From: a virus
Lineage: Duplodnaviria > Caudoviricetes
Length of the DNA stretch: 47,463 nt
Direction: 5' to 3' (one strand)
IMG/VR virus record: IMGVR_UViG_3300043414_001346
Coordinates: 1 to 47,463 of that record
Shown: piece after piece, positions 36,790 through 45,518 of the stretch
Position numbering within the stretch: position 1 is the stretch's first letter
How the letters are laid out: each line of letters opens with the position of its first letter
Program-made: the position numbers and the translations under genes
The notes under the pieces: model-generated
Database searches by the model: none
Told to the model about the DNA's origin: nothing
The model's input: only the letters and a program-made list of their open reading frames with translations

Positions 36790-38007
36790 ATGAAATATCA
36801 ACCAAACAAACCACTTACAAATCAAGCAAACAAGCTGGACTATGCACACTTTAACCCACAAGAATTATCTGTTCTTGATACAATTCAAGGGGGTCCAACA
36901 TATCTTCCAGGTACAAATATTAAACATTATAGTGCGTTTGAAAACCCAGCAATTGAAGCGCCTGTAATGAAAGCATATGAGCAACATGCTAAAGGCGGCA
37001 AAGTAGGTGAAATGCTTCACATGGCTGATTTAATGCGCAAACGCGGCCGTAATGGTGACAGTGAAATAGCGTTAGTTGGTCCAAGATTTACATCTGTTCT
37101 TAAAAAAGTAATGAATGGCGGTTCAATTAATCCTATGACAAAGAAACCTGAATTTTTCAATCTTGGCGGTTTGTTTAAAGGTATTGGTCATACATTGGGT
37201 GGTATAACTGGCGGTATTAAAAATGCGGTTGGCGGTATTGCTAATGGTTTGGGTCATACGGTTGGCGGTATTGCTAATGGTGTTGGCGGTATGATTGGCA
37301 TGCCACATATAGGTGATTCACTTCAAAACATTATTCCTGGTGCTGTTATGGGTGGTTTAGAAGGTGGTCCAATGGGTGCATTAATGGGTGGTGGCGCCGA
37401 TTTATTGGGAAGTGGTCTTATGGGTGGTGGCCATGGTCATCCTCAACAGCAACAACAACAACCACAACAACAAATGCCATCAAGTTTAGGTTCAATTGGT
37501 CAACAGTTTATGAGTTCACCAATGGGTCAACAAGCAATGAATAAAGGCAATGGTTTATATGGTCAATTTCAAAATATGTATAATCAAGGCAAAAATATGT
37601 ATAACCAGGCCAATCAAAATTATCAGCATATGGCCGGTGCATTTAACTCATCACCTATGGCGCAACAAATGGGATATTCTGCACCATCTTCATTTCAAGA
37701 TATTCAACAACATGCAATGAATACACCTATGGGCCAACAAGCAATGAACATGGGTAATAACATGTATGGACAAGCTCAAAATGCGTATGGACAAGCTCAA
37801 AATATGTATAATCAAGCCGATCAAAATTATTCACATATGGCAAATGCTTATAATAACCCTCAGCAAAGTTATGGTAGCCAAGGTGGTTATGGTAATCAAG
37901 GTGGTTATGGTAATCAAGGTGGTTATGGTAATCAAGGTGGTTATGGTAATCAAGAAAATGAAGATGAAGATGAAGGTTATGGTTTAAATTCAATGTTTAA
38001 CCAATAA
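36790..38007 (+). CDS. Internal virion/DNA ejection protein with Gly-rich amphipathic and Q/N/G/Y prion-like regions
   Basis: GRNGD...INPMTKKPEFF domain, glycine zipper, (GGYGNQ)n. Confidence 0.7.
   Translation: MKYQPNKPLTNQANKLDYAHFNPQELSVLDTIQGGPTYLPGTNIKHYSAFENPAIEAPVMKAYEQHAKGGKVGEMLHMADLMRKRGRNGDSEIALVGPRFTSVLKKVMNGGSINPMTKKPEFFNLGGLFKGIGHTLGGITGGIKNAVGGIANGLGHTVGGIANGVGGMIGMPHIGDSLQNIIPGAVMGGLEGGPMGALMGGGADLLGSGLMGGGHGHPQQQQQQPQQQMPSSLGSIGQQFMSSPMGQQAMNKGNGLYGQFQNMYNQGKNMYNQANQNYQHMAGAFNSSPMAQQMGYSAPSSFQDIQQHAMNTPMGQQAMNMGNNMYGQAQNAYGQAQNMYNQADQNYSHMANAYNNPQQSYGSQGGYGNQGGYGNQGGYGNQGGYGNQENEDEDEGYGLNSMFNQ
37873..37953 (+). repeat. 18-bp coding tandem repeat (GGYGNQ, ~4 copies)
   Basis: GGTTATGGTAATCAAGGT units. 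Confidence 0.9.
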
Positions 38008-38031
38008 TAAATTAATTAAGGAATATTCACG

Positions 38032-39624
38032 ATGGATTCAAATTTAAAATTACAAGAAATGTTGTCTGAGAAAATTTTGCAAAAAGTTGACGAAACACTT
38101 GAACCAATTCATACAAGCCCCGAAGAAGCCATGTTTTTTAACATTCTTCAAGGTGGGCAATCAATTGATGAAGAAACAGGATTACGTGAATATTCCGCTT
38201 TAAGTGAATTGTTAAAAAATCCTAAATTAAGAAATATATTTATAACTGTTATGGATATTTATAAATCAGGAAAACCCATTCCTGAAGATATTAAAAATAT
38301 TATGGAAACACCAATTCCACAAGAGGAAAAAGGTTTGCCAATTATTGAAACAGACTCTGATCCTGAGGTAAAAAAACTAGCTGACAAAGGTGACGGACAA
38401 GATCATGTACTTGTTATGATGCCTGCCGATGTTGTTGCTTTTCTTGATTTTCTTCAAGGTGGCAAACATTATGACAAAGATGGAAAATTACAAGAATTTG
38501 GTGGATGGAGAAATCCATTAAGAAGTATTGTTAGAACAGTTGCCACAGTTGGCGGTGCATTATTGGGTGGTCCTATTGGTGGTGGCCTTGGAAACATGCT
38601 TGGTCGCGCACTTACAGGGCAAAAAGTTGGCAAAGATATGTTGATAGCTGGTGTTAAAAATGGTTTGTATTCATGGGGCGCTGGTAATGCTTTAAATGCA
38701 TTAGGAAGTTCGGCGGGTTGGAACGGCATGGCACAATTAGGTAGTAAAGCTGCTGATATGGGTAGCATTGGAAATGCTTTTTCGGCTGCAAATACAGCTA
38801 ATGTTGGTACAAACACAGCTAATGTAGCAGCAAATACAGCAAATGCTGGTGCAAATGTAGCAGCTCCTGTGGCAGAAGCCACTGGTGGTGATGGATTATT
38901 AAGTGGTTTAACAAATAGTGGATATCTTATGCCTGGTTTGCTTGTTGGTGGCGGTATGTTACTTGCTAACAGAGGTGAAAAACAAAATTATGATGAATTA
39001 CAACGTAAATTGGATGAAGAGCAACGACGTCGTGATGAAGATTATCAAATTAATGAAAAAAGAAAAAGCGATTCTTCAAACTACATGAATTCACCATTTT
39101 CAGCAACTTTGGAACCTCATCATTTTTCACCCCATCAACATAGGCATAAAACATATAACTATAAAAAAGGTGGGCTAATTAAATTAAAAGGCGAGGAAAT
39201 TAAAGGCAAAGGCAATGGTCAAGATGATTACATTCCCAAAACATGTAAAGAAAAAGATTGGGTTTGGGATGCAACAACGGTAGGCCATTTGGGTGATGGT
39301 GCAACAAATGCGGGGCAAAAAGCACTTGCATCTTTTGAGCAAAAAATTAAAAAAAACTTATTACACAAACATAAACCTGAAATTGAGATTCAAATTAAAC
39401 AAAAACCGTTAAGAAATGTTCCGTGCGCATTATCGAATGGCGAACGTGTAACGCCAGGGCCACTTGTTGCCGCAGCGGGTGAGGGTGATTTTGAACGTGG
39501 CGCTAAAATATTTCGCAAAATGACACAAGAATTACGTAAACATAAAATGTCAAAAGGTCTTGATTTGCCGCCGCCTGCACATGATTTAACTGTGTATTAT
39601 AAAAAAGTTTTGAGGAGTAAGTAA
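38032..39624 (+). CDS. Internal virion/DNA ejection protein
   Basis: Two HxxPxE..QGG..E[YF]-type domains, glycine zipper, TM segment, YKKGG followed by two GxGxDD/LSNGE-type domains. Confidence 0.72.
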   Translation: MDSNLKLQEMLSEKILQKVDETLEPIHTSPEEAMFFNILQGGQSIDEETGLREYSALSELLKNPKLRNIFITVMDIYKSGKPIPEDIKNIMETPIPQEEKGLPIIETDSDPEVKKLADKGDGQDHVLVMMPADVVAFLDFLQGGKHYDKDGKLQEFGGWRNPLRSIVRTVATVGGALLGGPIGGGLGNMLGRALTGQKVGKDMLIAGVKNGLYSWGAGNALNALGSSAGWNGMAQLGSKAADMGSIGNAFSAANTANVGTNTANVAANTANAGANVAAPVAEATGGDGLLSGLTNSGYLMPGLLVGGGMLLANRGEKQNYDELQRKLDEEQRRRDEDYQINEKRKSDSSNYMNSPFSATLEPHHFSPHQHRHKTYNYKKGGLIKLKGEEIKGKGNGQDDYIPKTCKEKDWVWDATTVGHLGDGATNAGQKALASFEQKIKKNLLHKHKPEIEIQIKQKPLRNVPCALSNGERVTPGPLVAAAGEGDFERGAKIFRKMTQELRKHKMSKGLDLPPPAHDLTVYYKKVLRSK

Positions 39625-39625
39625 T

Positions 39626-42600
39626 ATGCCAACTTTTAAAAATATTCAAAACACTATTAATGATGTGTACAATCATCCTGAAAACTATTTGGAAGGTGAT
39701 GAAGGTTTTGCAGTTCTGGCAAGAAAAGTTATCGCGCAAAGAAATGCAAAAGCAGCACAAGAAAAAGAAATACAAGAAATACAAGAAATACAAGAAATAC
39801 AAGAAATACAAGATAAAGAAGATAAACAAAAATTTGATTCGTTGTTAGAAAGTCGTTTTACTAAAAACAACGATGGTACTTATGATGATAACATTAATCC
39901 TGGAACTTATACTTATGAAGAAGTTAAGCAACGAATAGAAAGCGCTTTAGGTTTAGATGGATTATTAAAAAAAACCACAAAAAATAAAATAGAAGAAGAA
40001 GAAAAAATAAAAAAAATAAAAGATAAATATAATAATAAAAAATTAAATAAAGAAATGGACGAGTTAGAAAAAAAACTTAAATATAATGATAAAGAAAAAC
40101 ACTTTAAAAAATTAAAAATTGAAAGTGAATATGATACAAAAGATGTATATATACCTGAAAATAAATTAAATAAATTAAATAAAAATAAAACAATAGATTT
40201 AAATTCAAATAAAGAAAGCGACGTTTATTTAAATTTTATAAAAAACGCTTATCCAGAATTAATTAAAAAAAATAATAATGACAATGAATATGACAGTGAC
40301 AATGAATATGACAGTGACAATGAATATATAAAAAAAATAAAAGATATTCCTTATAATGAAAAACTTTTAATGGAAAAAAATTTTCAAAATGTATTAAAAG
40401 AAATTTCTAATAATATTTATATAAAAAATAAAACTAATAATAAAGAAGAAAATAAGAAAATAAAAAAAGAAGCACATAAAACTGCCTATTTTTTATTAGA
40501 TGATATTTATGAAGGTAAAAACAATTTTTATAAAGAATTGTATGAAAATCGCGGAAAAAATTTAAAAGAAGCTAATAATTTAGATAAAAAATTAAATTAT
40601 GATGAAAGAATTGAAAAATATGGAAATATGCTTAATATTCCTAATTTAGAAGATTTTTTGCAAAACAATCAAAATTATAAAAATACATTAGAAAATAATA
40701 AAACACATGACAAATATGCTGTACCTAAAAAAAGTATCTTACGTGTACCTTTTGAAGAAAGCAAAGATGAATCGGGCGCAATGGAATCAAAAAGTAATGA
40801 AGATTATTATGCGTCAGTTGATCATTTAAGAGGTCTTATAAATAATGATGATAAACCTAAAAAACAAATTTCATTTGACAGGAACATTTCCGGAGACAGT
40901 AGAAAGTTAGATGAAATTGGTAGTAAAATACCATCTTCTTATGGACCATTTTTTCCGGAAGAAAAAAAATTTACCGAAGAAGAACTTGAAGAAAAAATTG
41001 AACTAGAATTAGAAGAATCAAAAAAATATAATAAAAAAATTGACATTAATAATGAAAATTTAAAAATTCCAACAGGTGCCCAACAAATTAATGAACATGG
41101 GCCAGCATGGTTACAAGAACTTAAAAAAGGTATTTTATTAAAACATATTGATTTAATGAATGCTCCTCCTCGTTTATATCCTGGATCCAAAATTGCTAAA
41201 CCTTCTCAATTAGAAACATATGCACGTGAATTATTGTTAAAAGAAAATCCTGAATTGGAAGAACGTAAACAAAAACAAGCAACATTAGAAGAAAGCTTAA
41301 ATAAATTTATACAAGATAACGTCGCTAAAAAAGCAACAAAAGATTATTTAGGACGCGCTACACAAAGTCCAAGAACATTACATGAAAACTTGTTTAAAGA
41401 TTATGAAAAAGATCTTGATGAAGATATACGACGTAAATCACGACAAGAATTAACACAAAAAATAATTCCAAGCATCGTTGGTAAAAATGCCATGAAAGGA
41501 ATTCGTTTTAGTGGTCATGGCGCACGTGATGTTGATGAAGCTATTGAAAATTATATGAAAGGCACGACAAGTGCTATTCTTCAAAACAAAAATCAACAAA
41601 GGCAATCATCAATTAATGCAGGTATGCATTATGCAGATCAACAAGCCAAAGCAGCGCAAACATCGTTAAATGCAGCTGTGCAAGATCGTCGTAATAGCAT
41701 TGAAGCCATTGATACATTGGAAACAGCAAGAAATAATAATTTAAAATCTTTATCAAATCATCGTGTTAATGTTCACAATGCGGGCGTGGATGAACAAAAC
41801 CGAGCACAAAAATTAATTAATGAAAGCGTAGATAATTTTGAAAAACAACAAAATCATCAATTAAATCATCTTGGTTTACTTTCAAACACATTAAATGCTC
41901 AAAAACATGATGTTCAATGGAATAAAAGTGAGCCAAGGGCGGATCATGTTCCTTATCAAACACCTATTTCTGGAAATTTAAATCAGACCATGGGTGGTTA
42001 TGCATTTGGTGTAGGAAATCAAAGAATGCCACATAATCAACCTCATAAAAAAGGTGGACGTGTTTACAAAGCTAAAGGTGGTCAAATTGATATGTTATCA
42101 AATGCGGTTCAAAATGCCGTTATTGATAAAGAAGATCCATTGCAAGCATTACAACGATTATTTCGCCATCAACAAGCTTTGCAGAGCATGCAAAAACAAA
42201 ACAGGCCTGCGTATGCAGAGGGAGGGCAAATAAACCCAATACAAGCGGGAGCAATGCAAGCTAAAGAATATGTAAATTCTGAAGCTAAACGTAATCAAAT
42301 TAATTTTGTACGTAATCGTCCACAAATGTCATCTTGGGGACAAGCACATAATGCTGGAATTGCTGTAATGGCCAAAACCCCTGGAATACTTGGAAAAATT
42401 GCGTCTGGTGTAGCTGAAAATAATAGAGAAAATAAATTAGATAATGACAAACGTTATGCTGATCTTGAACGTACCTATGCAATGGAACATGAACTTGCTC
42501 AAGAACAACGCAATCAAGAGTTGGCCGAACGTAATATGGTGGCGCATGAATCACAAGTAAAAGATAACAGTTTGACAAATCAACTTAAACGTTTGAAATA

Positions 42601-43396
42601 TCAAGCTGAAATTAAAAAATTATCAAATGAACAAGCTGCCGGTAACAACTTGTTTTTTAATGATGACAGTATTCCGGAAAAGTATAGAAACGAAAATTAC
42701 ACAAAAACGTTAACAGACGAACAAAAAAAACTTTTGGACAAATATGCTTCAAGAACAGAATTAGCCGGAAATGTTTTAACTGCAGCTGCAGATTTGGAAG
42801 AAAAACTTAAGAAAACACCATCGGGATCGGCTACTAAAGTTTTATCAAAAATTCCATGGATAGGTAATGAGTTGGCAGATATGTATAATATGGCAACTAC
42901 ACCTGAAGGAACTAAAGTTAATTTTGGTGATACAAATGCATTAGAAAGTTCAGCGCAAAATACACTTATGGGAGTAAAAGCGCTTGCAGAGGGACTAGGA
43001 GAAAAAGGCGGAAGAATGTTAGCTTCCGTATTTAACACGTTGGAATCAGCAAAAATAAATAAAACTTTAACAACAGAAGAAAATATGGAAAAACTAAACA
43101 CACTTGTTAGAGTTACTAAGGAAATAGCTAAAGAAAATGCAAAAATGGCTTCAGTGGGTGGATATCCTCCTGCTCAAATTTACAGCAAACTTAAACGTGC
43201 TGGTTTTACAGATGAAGAAATTGATGGCGGTAAATCTAATCAACAACAACCTACAAAACAACCTGCGGCACAAACTGCAGAATTACAGCAACCGTCACAT
43301 CAAATTGTTAATAATCCTGCACATTCTGTTTTAAGTGATGAACAAGAAAAAGCTTTAATGAATGAATTGCAAATTCGTAAACAAAAATTAAATTAA
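39626..43396 (+). CDS. Large internal virion/DNA ejection protein with K/N/E-rich N-terminal extension
   Basis: 1256 aa; PAWLQ...YPGSKIA...SQLE motif, coiled coils, HKKGG/KAKGG/YAEGG. Confidence 0.72.
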   Translation: MPTFKNIQNTINDVYNHPENYLEGDEGFAVLARKVIAQRNAKAAQEKEIQEIQEIQEIQEIQDKEDKQKFDSLLESRFTKNNDGTYDDNINPGTYTYEEVKQRIESALGLDGLLKKTTKNKIEEEEKIKKIKDKYNNKKLNKEMDELEKKLKYNDKEKHFKKLKIESEYDTKDVYIPENKLNKLNKNKTIDLNSNKESDVYLNFIKNAYPELIKKNNNDNEYDSDNEYDSDNEYIKKIKDIPYNEKLLMEKNFQNVLKEISNNIYIKNKTNNKEENKKIKKEAHKTAYFLLDDIYEGKNNFYKELYENRGKNLKEANNLDKKLNYDERIEKYGNMLNIPNLEDFLQNNQNYKNTLENNKTHDKYAVPKKSILRVPFEESKDESGAMESKSNEDYYASVDHLRGLINNDDKPKKQISFDRNISGDSRKLDEIGSKIPSSYGPFFPEEKKFTEEELEEKIELELEESKKYNKKIDINNENLKIPTGAQQINEHGPAWLQELKKGILLKHIDLMNAPPRLYPGSKIAKPSQLETYARELLLKENPELEERKQKQATLEESLNKFIQDNVAKKATKDYLGRATQSPRTLHENLFKDYEKDLDEDIRRKSRQELTQKIIPSIVGKNAMKGIRFSGHGARDVDEAIENYMKGTTSAILQNKNQQRQSSINAGMHYADQQAKAAQTSLNAAVQDRRNSIEAIDTLETARNNNLKSLSNHRVNVHNAGVDEQNRAQKLINESVDNFEKQQNHQLNHLGLLSNTLNAQKHDVQWNKSEPRADHVPYQTPISGNLNQTMGGYAFGVGNQRMPHNQPHKKGGRVYKAKGGQIDMLSNAVQNAVIDKEDPLQALQRLFRHQQALQSMQKQNRPAYAEGGQINPIQAGAMQAKEYVNSEAKRNQINFVRNRPQMSSWGQAHNAGIAVMAKTPGILGKIASGVAENNRENKLDNDKRYADLERTYAMEHELAQEQRNQELAERNMVAHESQVKDNSLTNQLKRLKYQAEIKKLSNEQAAGNNLFFNDDSIPEKYRNENYTKTLTDEQKKLLDKYASRTELAGNVLTAAADLEEKLKKTPSGSATKVLSKIPWIGNELADMYNMATTPEGTKVNFGDTNALESSAQNTLMGVKALAEGLGEKGGRMLASVFNTLESAKINKTLTTEENMEKLNTLVRVTKEIAKENAKMASVGGYPPAQIYSKLKRAGFTDEEIDGGKSNQQQPTKQPAAQTAELQQPSHQIVNNPAHSVLSDEQEKALMNELQIRKQKLN
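39767..39811 (+). repeat. 9-bp coding tandem repeat (EIQ)x5
   Basis: GAAATACAA x5. Confidence 0.92.
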
Positions 43397-43410
43397 AGAA
43401 AGTTTATATT

Positions 43411-45381
43411 ATGTTTGGACCTTATCCACGTGCAAGTTTAAAACCAAAAAAAAAAGATGAAACCGATGCAAAAGAAGCTCAAAAGCTTGATTTGTCGTTA
43501 GATGAATATAGAAAGTATAAACAATTAAAAAAATTACCTTCTTCTCTAGGGGCTTTTGCTCGTGTTGGTCATAGTGCACCTGGATTAATAGCCGATATAC
43601 CTTTAATGGTTTACAATATCCCTCAAGCATTACGTGGAAAACCTGGTTATTCTGTCACACAAAAATTAAATAAAGAATACGATAAATATACAGATAATAA
43701 ACATGTTCCAACATCATCATTTGGTAAAATAGCATATGCAGGCCTTGAATCTACCGTTGGTTTGCCAGGATTAAGTGTAGGTCCTAAAGCTGTTCAAGTT
43801 GCAAGCAAGTTTTTTGCTCCTTCTGTTGGTGGCACAATAGGCGCCGTAGCAGGACAAAGTGCAGCTAATAATACAAATAATCCTATAGGAATTTTAGCTG
43901 CTGGTTTAGGCGCTCCAAGCGCATTAAAAGGAGCATCTCATTTAACAAAAGCCATATACAACACACCAAACCGATATCGTTTAAATAGATTAAAAAACAA
44001 TGCACATTATCAAGAAGCAATAGAAAATAAAATAGCTGATATTGGCGGTGCAAATGATTTGCTTAAAATGACTGATCACGAAATAGGTCAGCATATTCGG
44101 GATGCGACACATACACAAAGCGCAAGACACAAAAACTTTTATAAAAAAGAATATGGTGCTGTGAATAAAGCCGCCGAAGAATTAAATCCAAAAATTAACA
44201 TTGGTCATGTTGTAGATGACTGGATTCAAGATTATTCAAAATTGGAATCTCAAGGCGCACGTGAACTTGCTTTAAAAACGCCGGCAGGTAAAAAAGTAAC
44301 TGAATTGTTAAGTTTAGATAAACCAACTGTTAAATTTAAAAAAACGCATAAAACACTAGACCCCAATGCAGATGATTTTGCAAACAGATTTGATAGTTTT
44401 TTAAAAAATAACTACAAAGGTCCGGAATCAATAAAGCCAGCATCTTATAATGTTGCTAATTTATTTACTAAAGACATAAACAATTCTTTAACTACATCAA
44501 AAGAAATAGGTAATGTTTATCAAGGTCAATTAAAAAATCTTGTAGGAAAATTAAACAATCAAATATATGATGCTTTACCAACTGATTTGGCAAATGCTCG
44601 CCGTAAAGTTGAAGATTCATACAGTGTATGGGCTAAAACAGGTAAACCAAAAGTAAATAAAATTTTACAACATGAACATAGCCCTACAGAAATTACCCGT
44701 AATTTTGATTACACAATTCCTGAAAATCTTAGTTTTGTTCAAGAAGGTATGGATAGTGCTCAAAAAAACAAATTGTCACAAGGTATATTAGGTCAACTTG
44801 GTTTTGAAAATAATAAAAAAATTAACCCAGTTAAATTACATGATAATTTGGGTAAAAAACAAAGTACAATTGAGGAGTTAATTGTTAATGGACTTGATCC
44901 TGAACAATTATCTAAATTAAATAAACAACATAATTACACAGAAGCTTATAAAAAAATAGTTACATCACCTGCAAGTCTTTCAATAAACGATGCTGTACCT
45001 AAAAAAATTTCATTAACAAGTAAAGTTATTTTACCTTTTGTTAGCAATCCGTATAAACCGCTTAAACAAAGTAAAATTGATAAAACATTTGAAGCCCTTG
45101 AAAAACAATTACAGCCGCCCCCAAAAAATATTATTAATAATAGTGGTGTTTCATTAAGTCAATTCTCCAGGAATTCTGAATCAGAAGAAAATAATCAAGA
45201 AAGAATTGCCGAAATTGAAACATTATTAGCTCAAAATAATTTGGCAAAACAACAGATGCAACCTCAAATTACATCTAATGATGATATGTCAAAAGAAGAT
45301 AATCAAAAAAGAATTGCCGAAATTGAAGCGTTATTAGCTCAAAATAAAATAGCAAGACAAGCTTTAAATGAGAACAAATAA
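43411..45381 (+). CDS. Putative internal virion/ejection protein
   Basis: Last gene of the structural operon; G/A-rich membrane-like N-terminal region; duplicated NQ(E/K)RIAEIE(T/A)LLAQN at the C-terminus. Confidence 0.65.
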   Translation: MFGPYPRASLKPKKKDETDAKEAQKLDLSLDEYRKYKQLKKLPSSLGAFARVGHSAPGLIADIPLMVYNIPQALRGKPGYSVTQKLNKEYDKYTDNKHVPTSSFGKIAYAGLESTVGLPGLSVGPKAVQVASKFFAPSVGGTIGAVAGQSAANNTNNPIGILAAGLGAPSALKGASHLTKAIYNTPNRYRLNRLKNNAHYQEAIENKIADIGGANDLLKMTDHEIGQHIRDATHTQSARHKNFYKKEYGAVNKAAEELNPKINIGHVVDDWIQDYSKLESQGARELALKTPAGKKVTELLSLDKPTVKFKKTHKTLDPNADDFANRFDSFLKNNYKGPESIKPASYNVANLFTKDINNSLTTSKEIGNVYQGQLKNLVGKLNNQIYDALPTDLANARRKVEDSYSVWAKTGKPKVNKILQHEHSPTEITRNFDYTIPENLSFVQEGMDSAQKNKLSQGILGQLGFENNKKINPVKLHDNLGKKQSTIEELIVNGLDPEQLSKLNKQHNYTEAYKKIVTSPASLSINDAVPKKISLTSKVILPFVSNPYKPLKQSKIDKTFEALEKQLQPPPKNIINNSGVSLSQFSRNSESEENNQERIAEIETLLAQNNLAKQQMQPQITSNDDMSKEDNQKRIAEIEALLAQNKIARQALNENK

Positions 45382-45428
45382 AGTTAGGGGGGGGAAAGAA
45401 AGGACTTCAAAAAACCCCCCATAACTTT
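45380..45428. terminator. Probable bidirectional intrinsic terminator
   Basis: AAAGTTA-G8 ... C6-ATAACTTT stem between convergent genes. Confidence 0.6.
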
Positions 45429-45456
45429 TAAACCGGTTTTAATCAGCTTAAAGGAA

Positions 45457-45498
45457 AGTTATCACAAAAGATGTGCGATCTTGAGCATCGTGATAACT
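45457..45498 (-). terminator. Stem-loop downstream of groEL
   Basis: AGTTATCAC/GTGATAACT outer stem with inner GATG/CATC. Confidence 0.45.
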
Positions 45499-45518
45499 AT
45501 TTAGTTATAACAAAAAAT

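Noticed and set aside
39626-43396. Tape measure protein or virion RNA polymerase
   Set aside because: No tail tube/sheath genes and no polymerase catalytic motifs were seen; context fits a podovirus ejection protein
416-43630. Many short overlapping or antisense ORFs in the track (e.g. 672-956, 2839-3129, 5173-5448, 10633-10929, 18156-18470, 34194-34607, 38469-38882, 39503-39829, 42697-43101)
   Set aside because: They lie within or largely overlap well-supported genes in other frames and mirror those genes' codon bias or repeats
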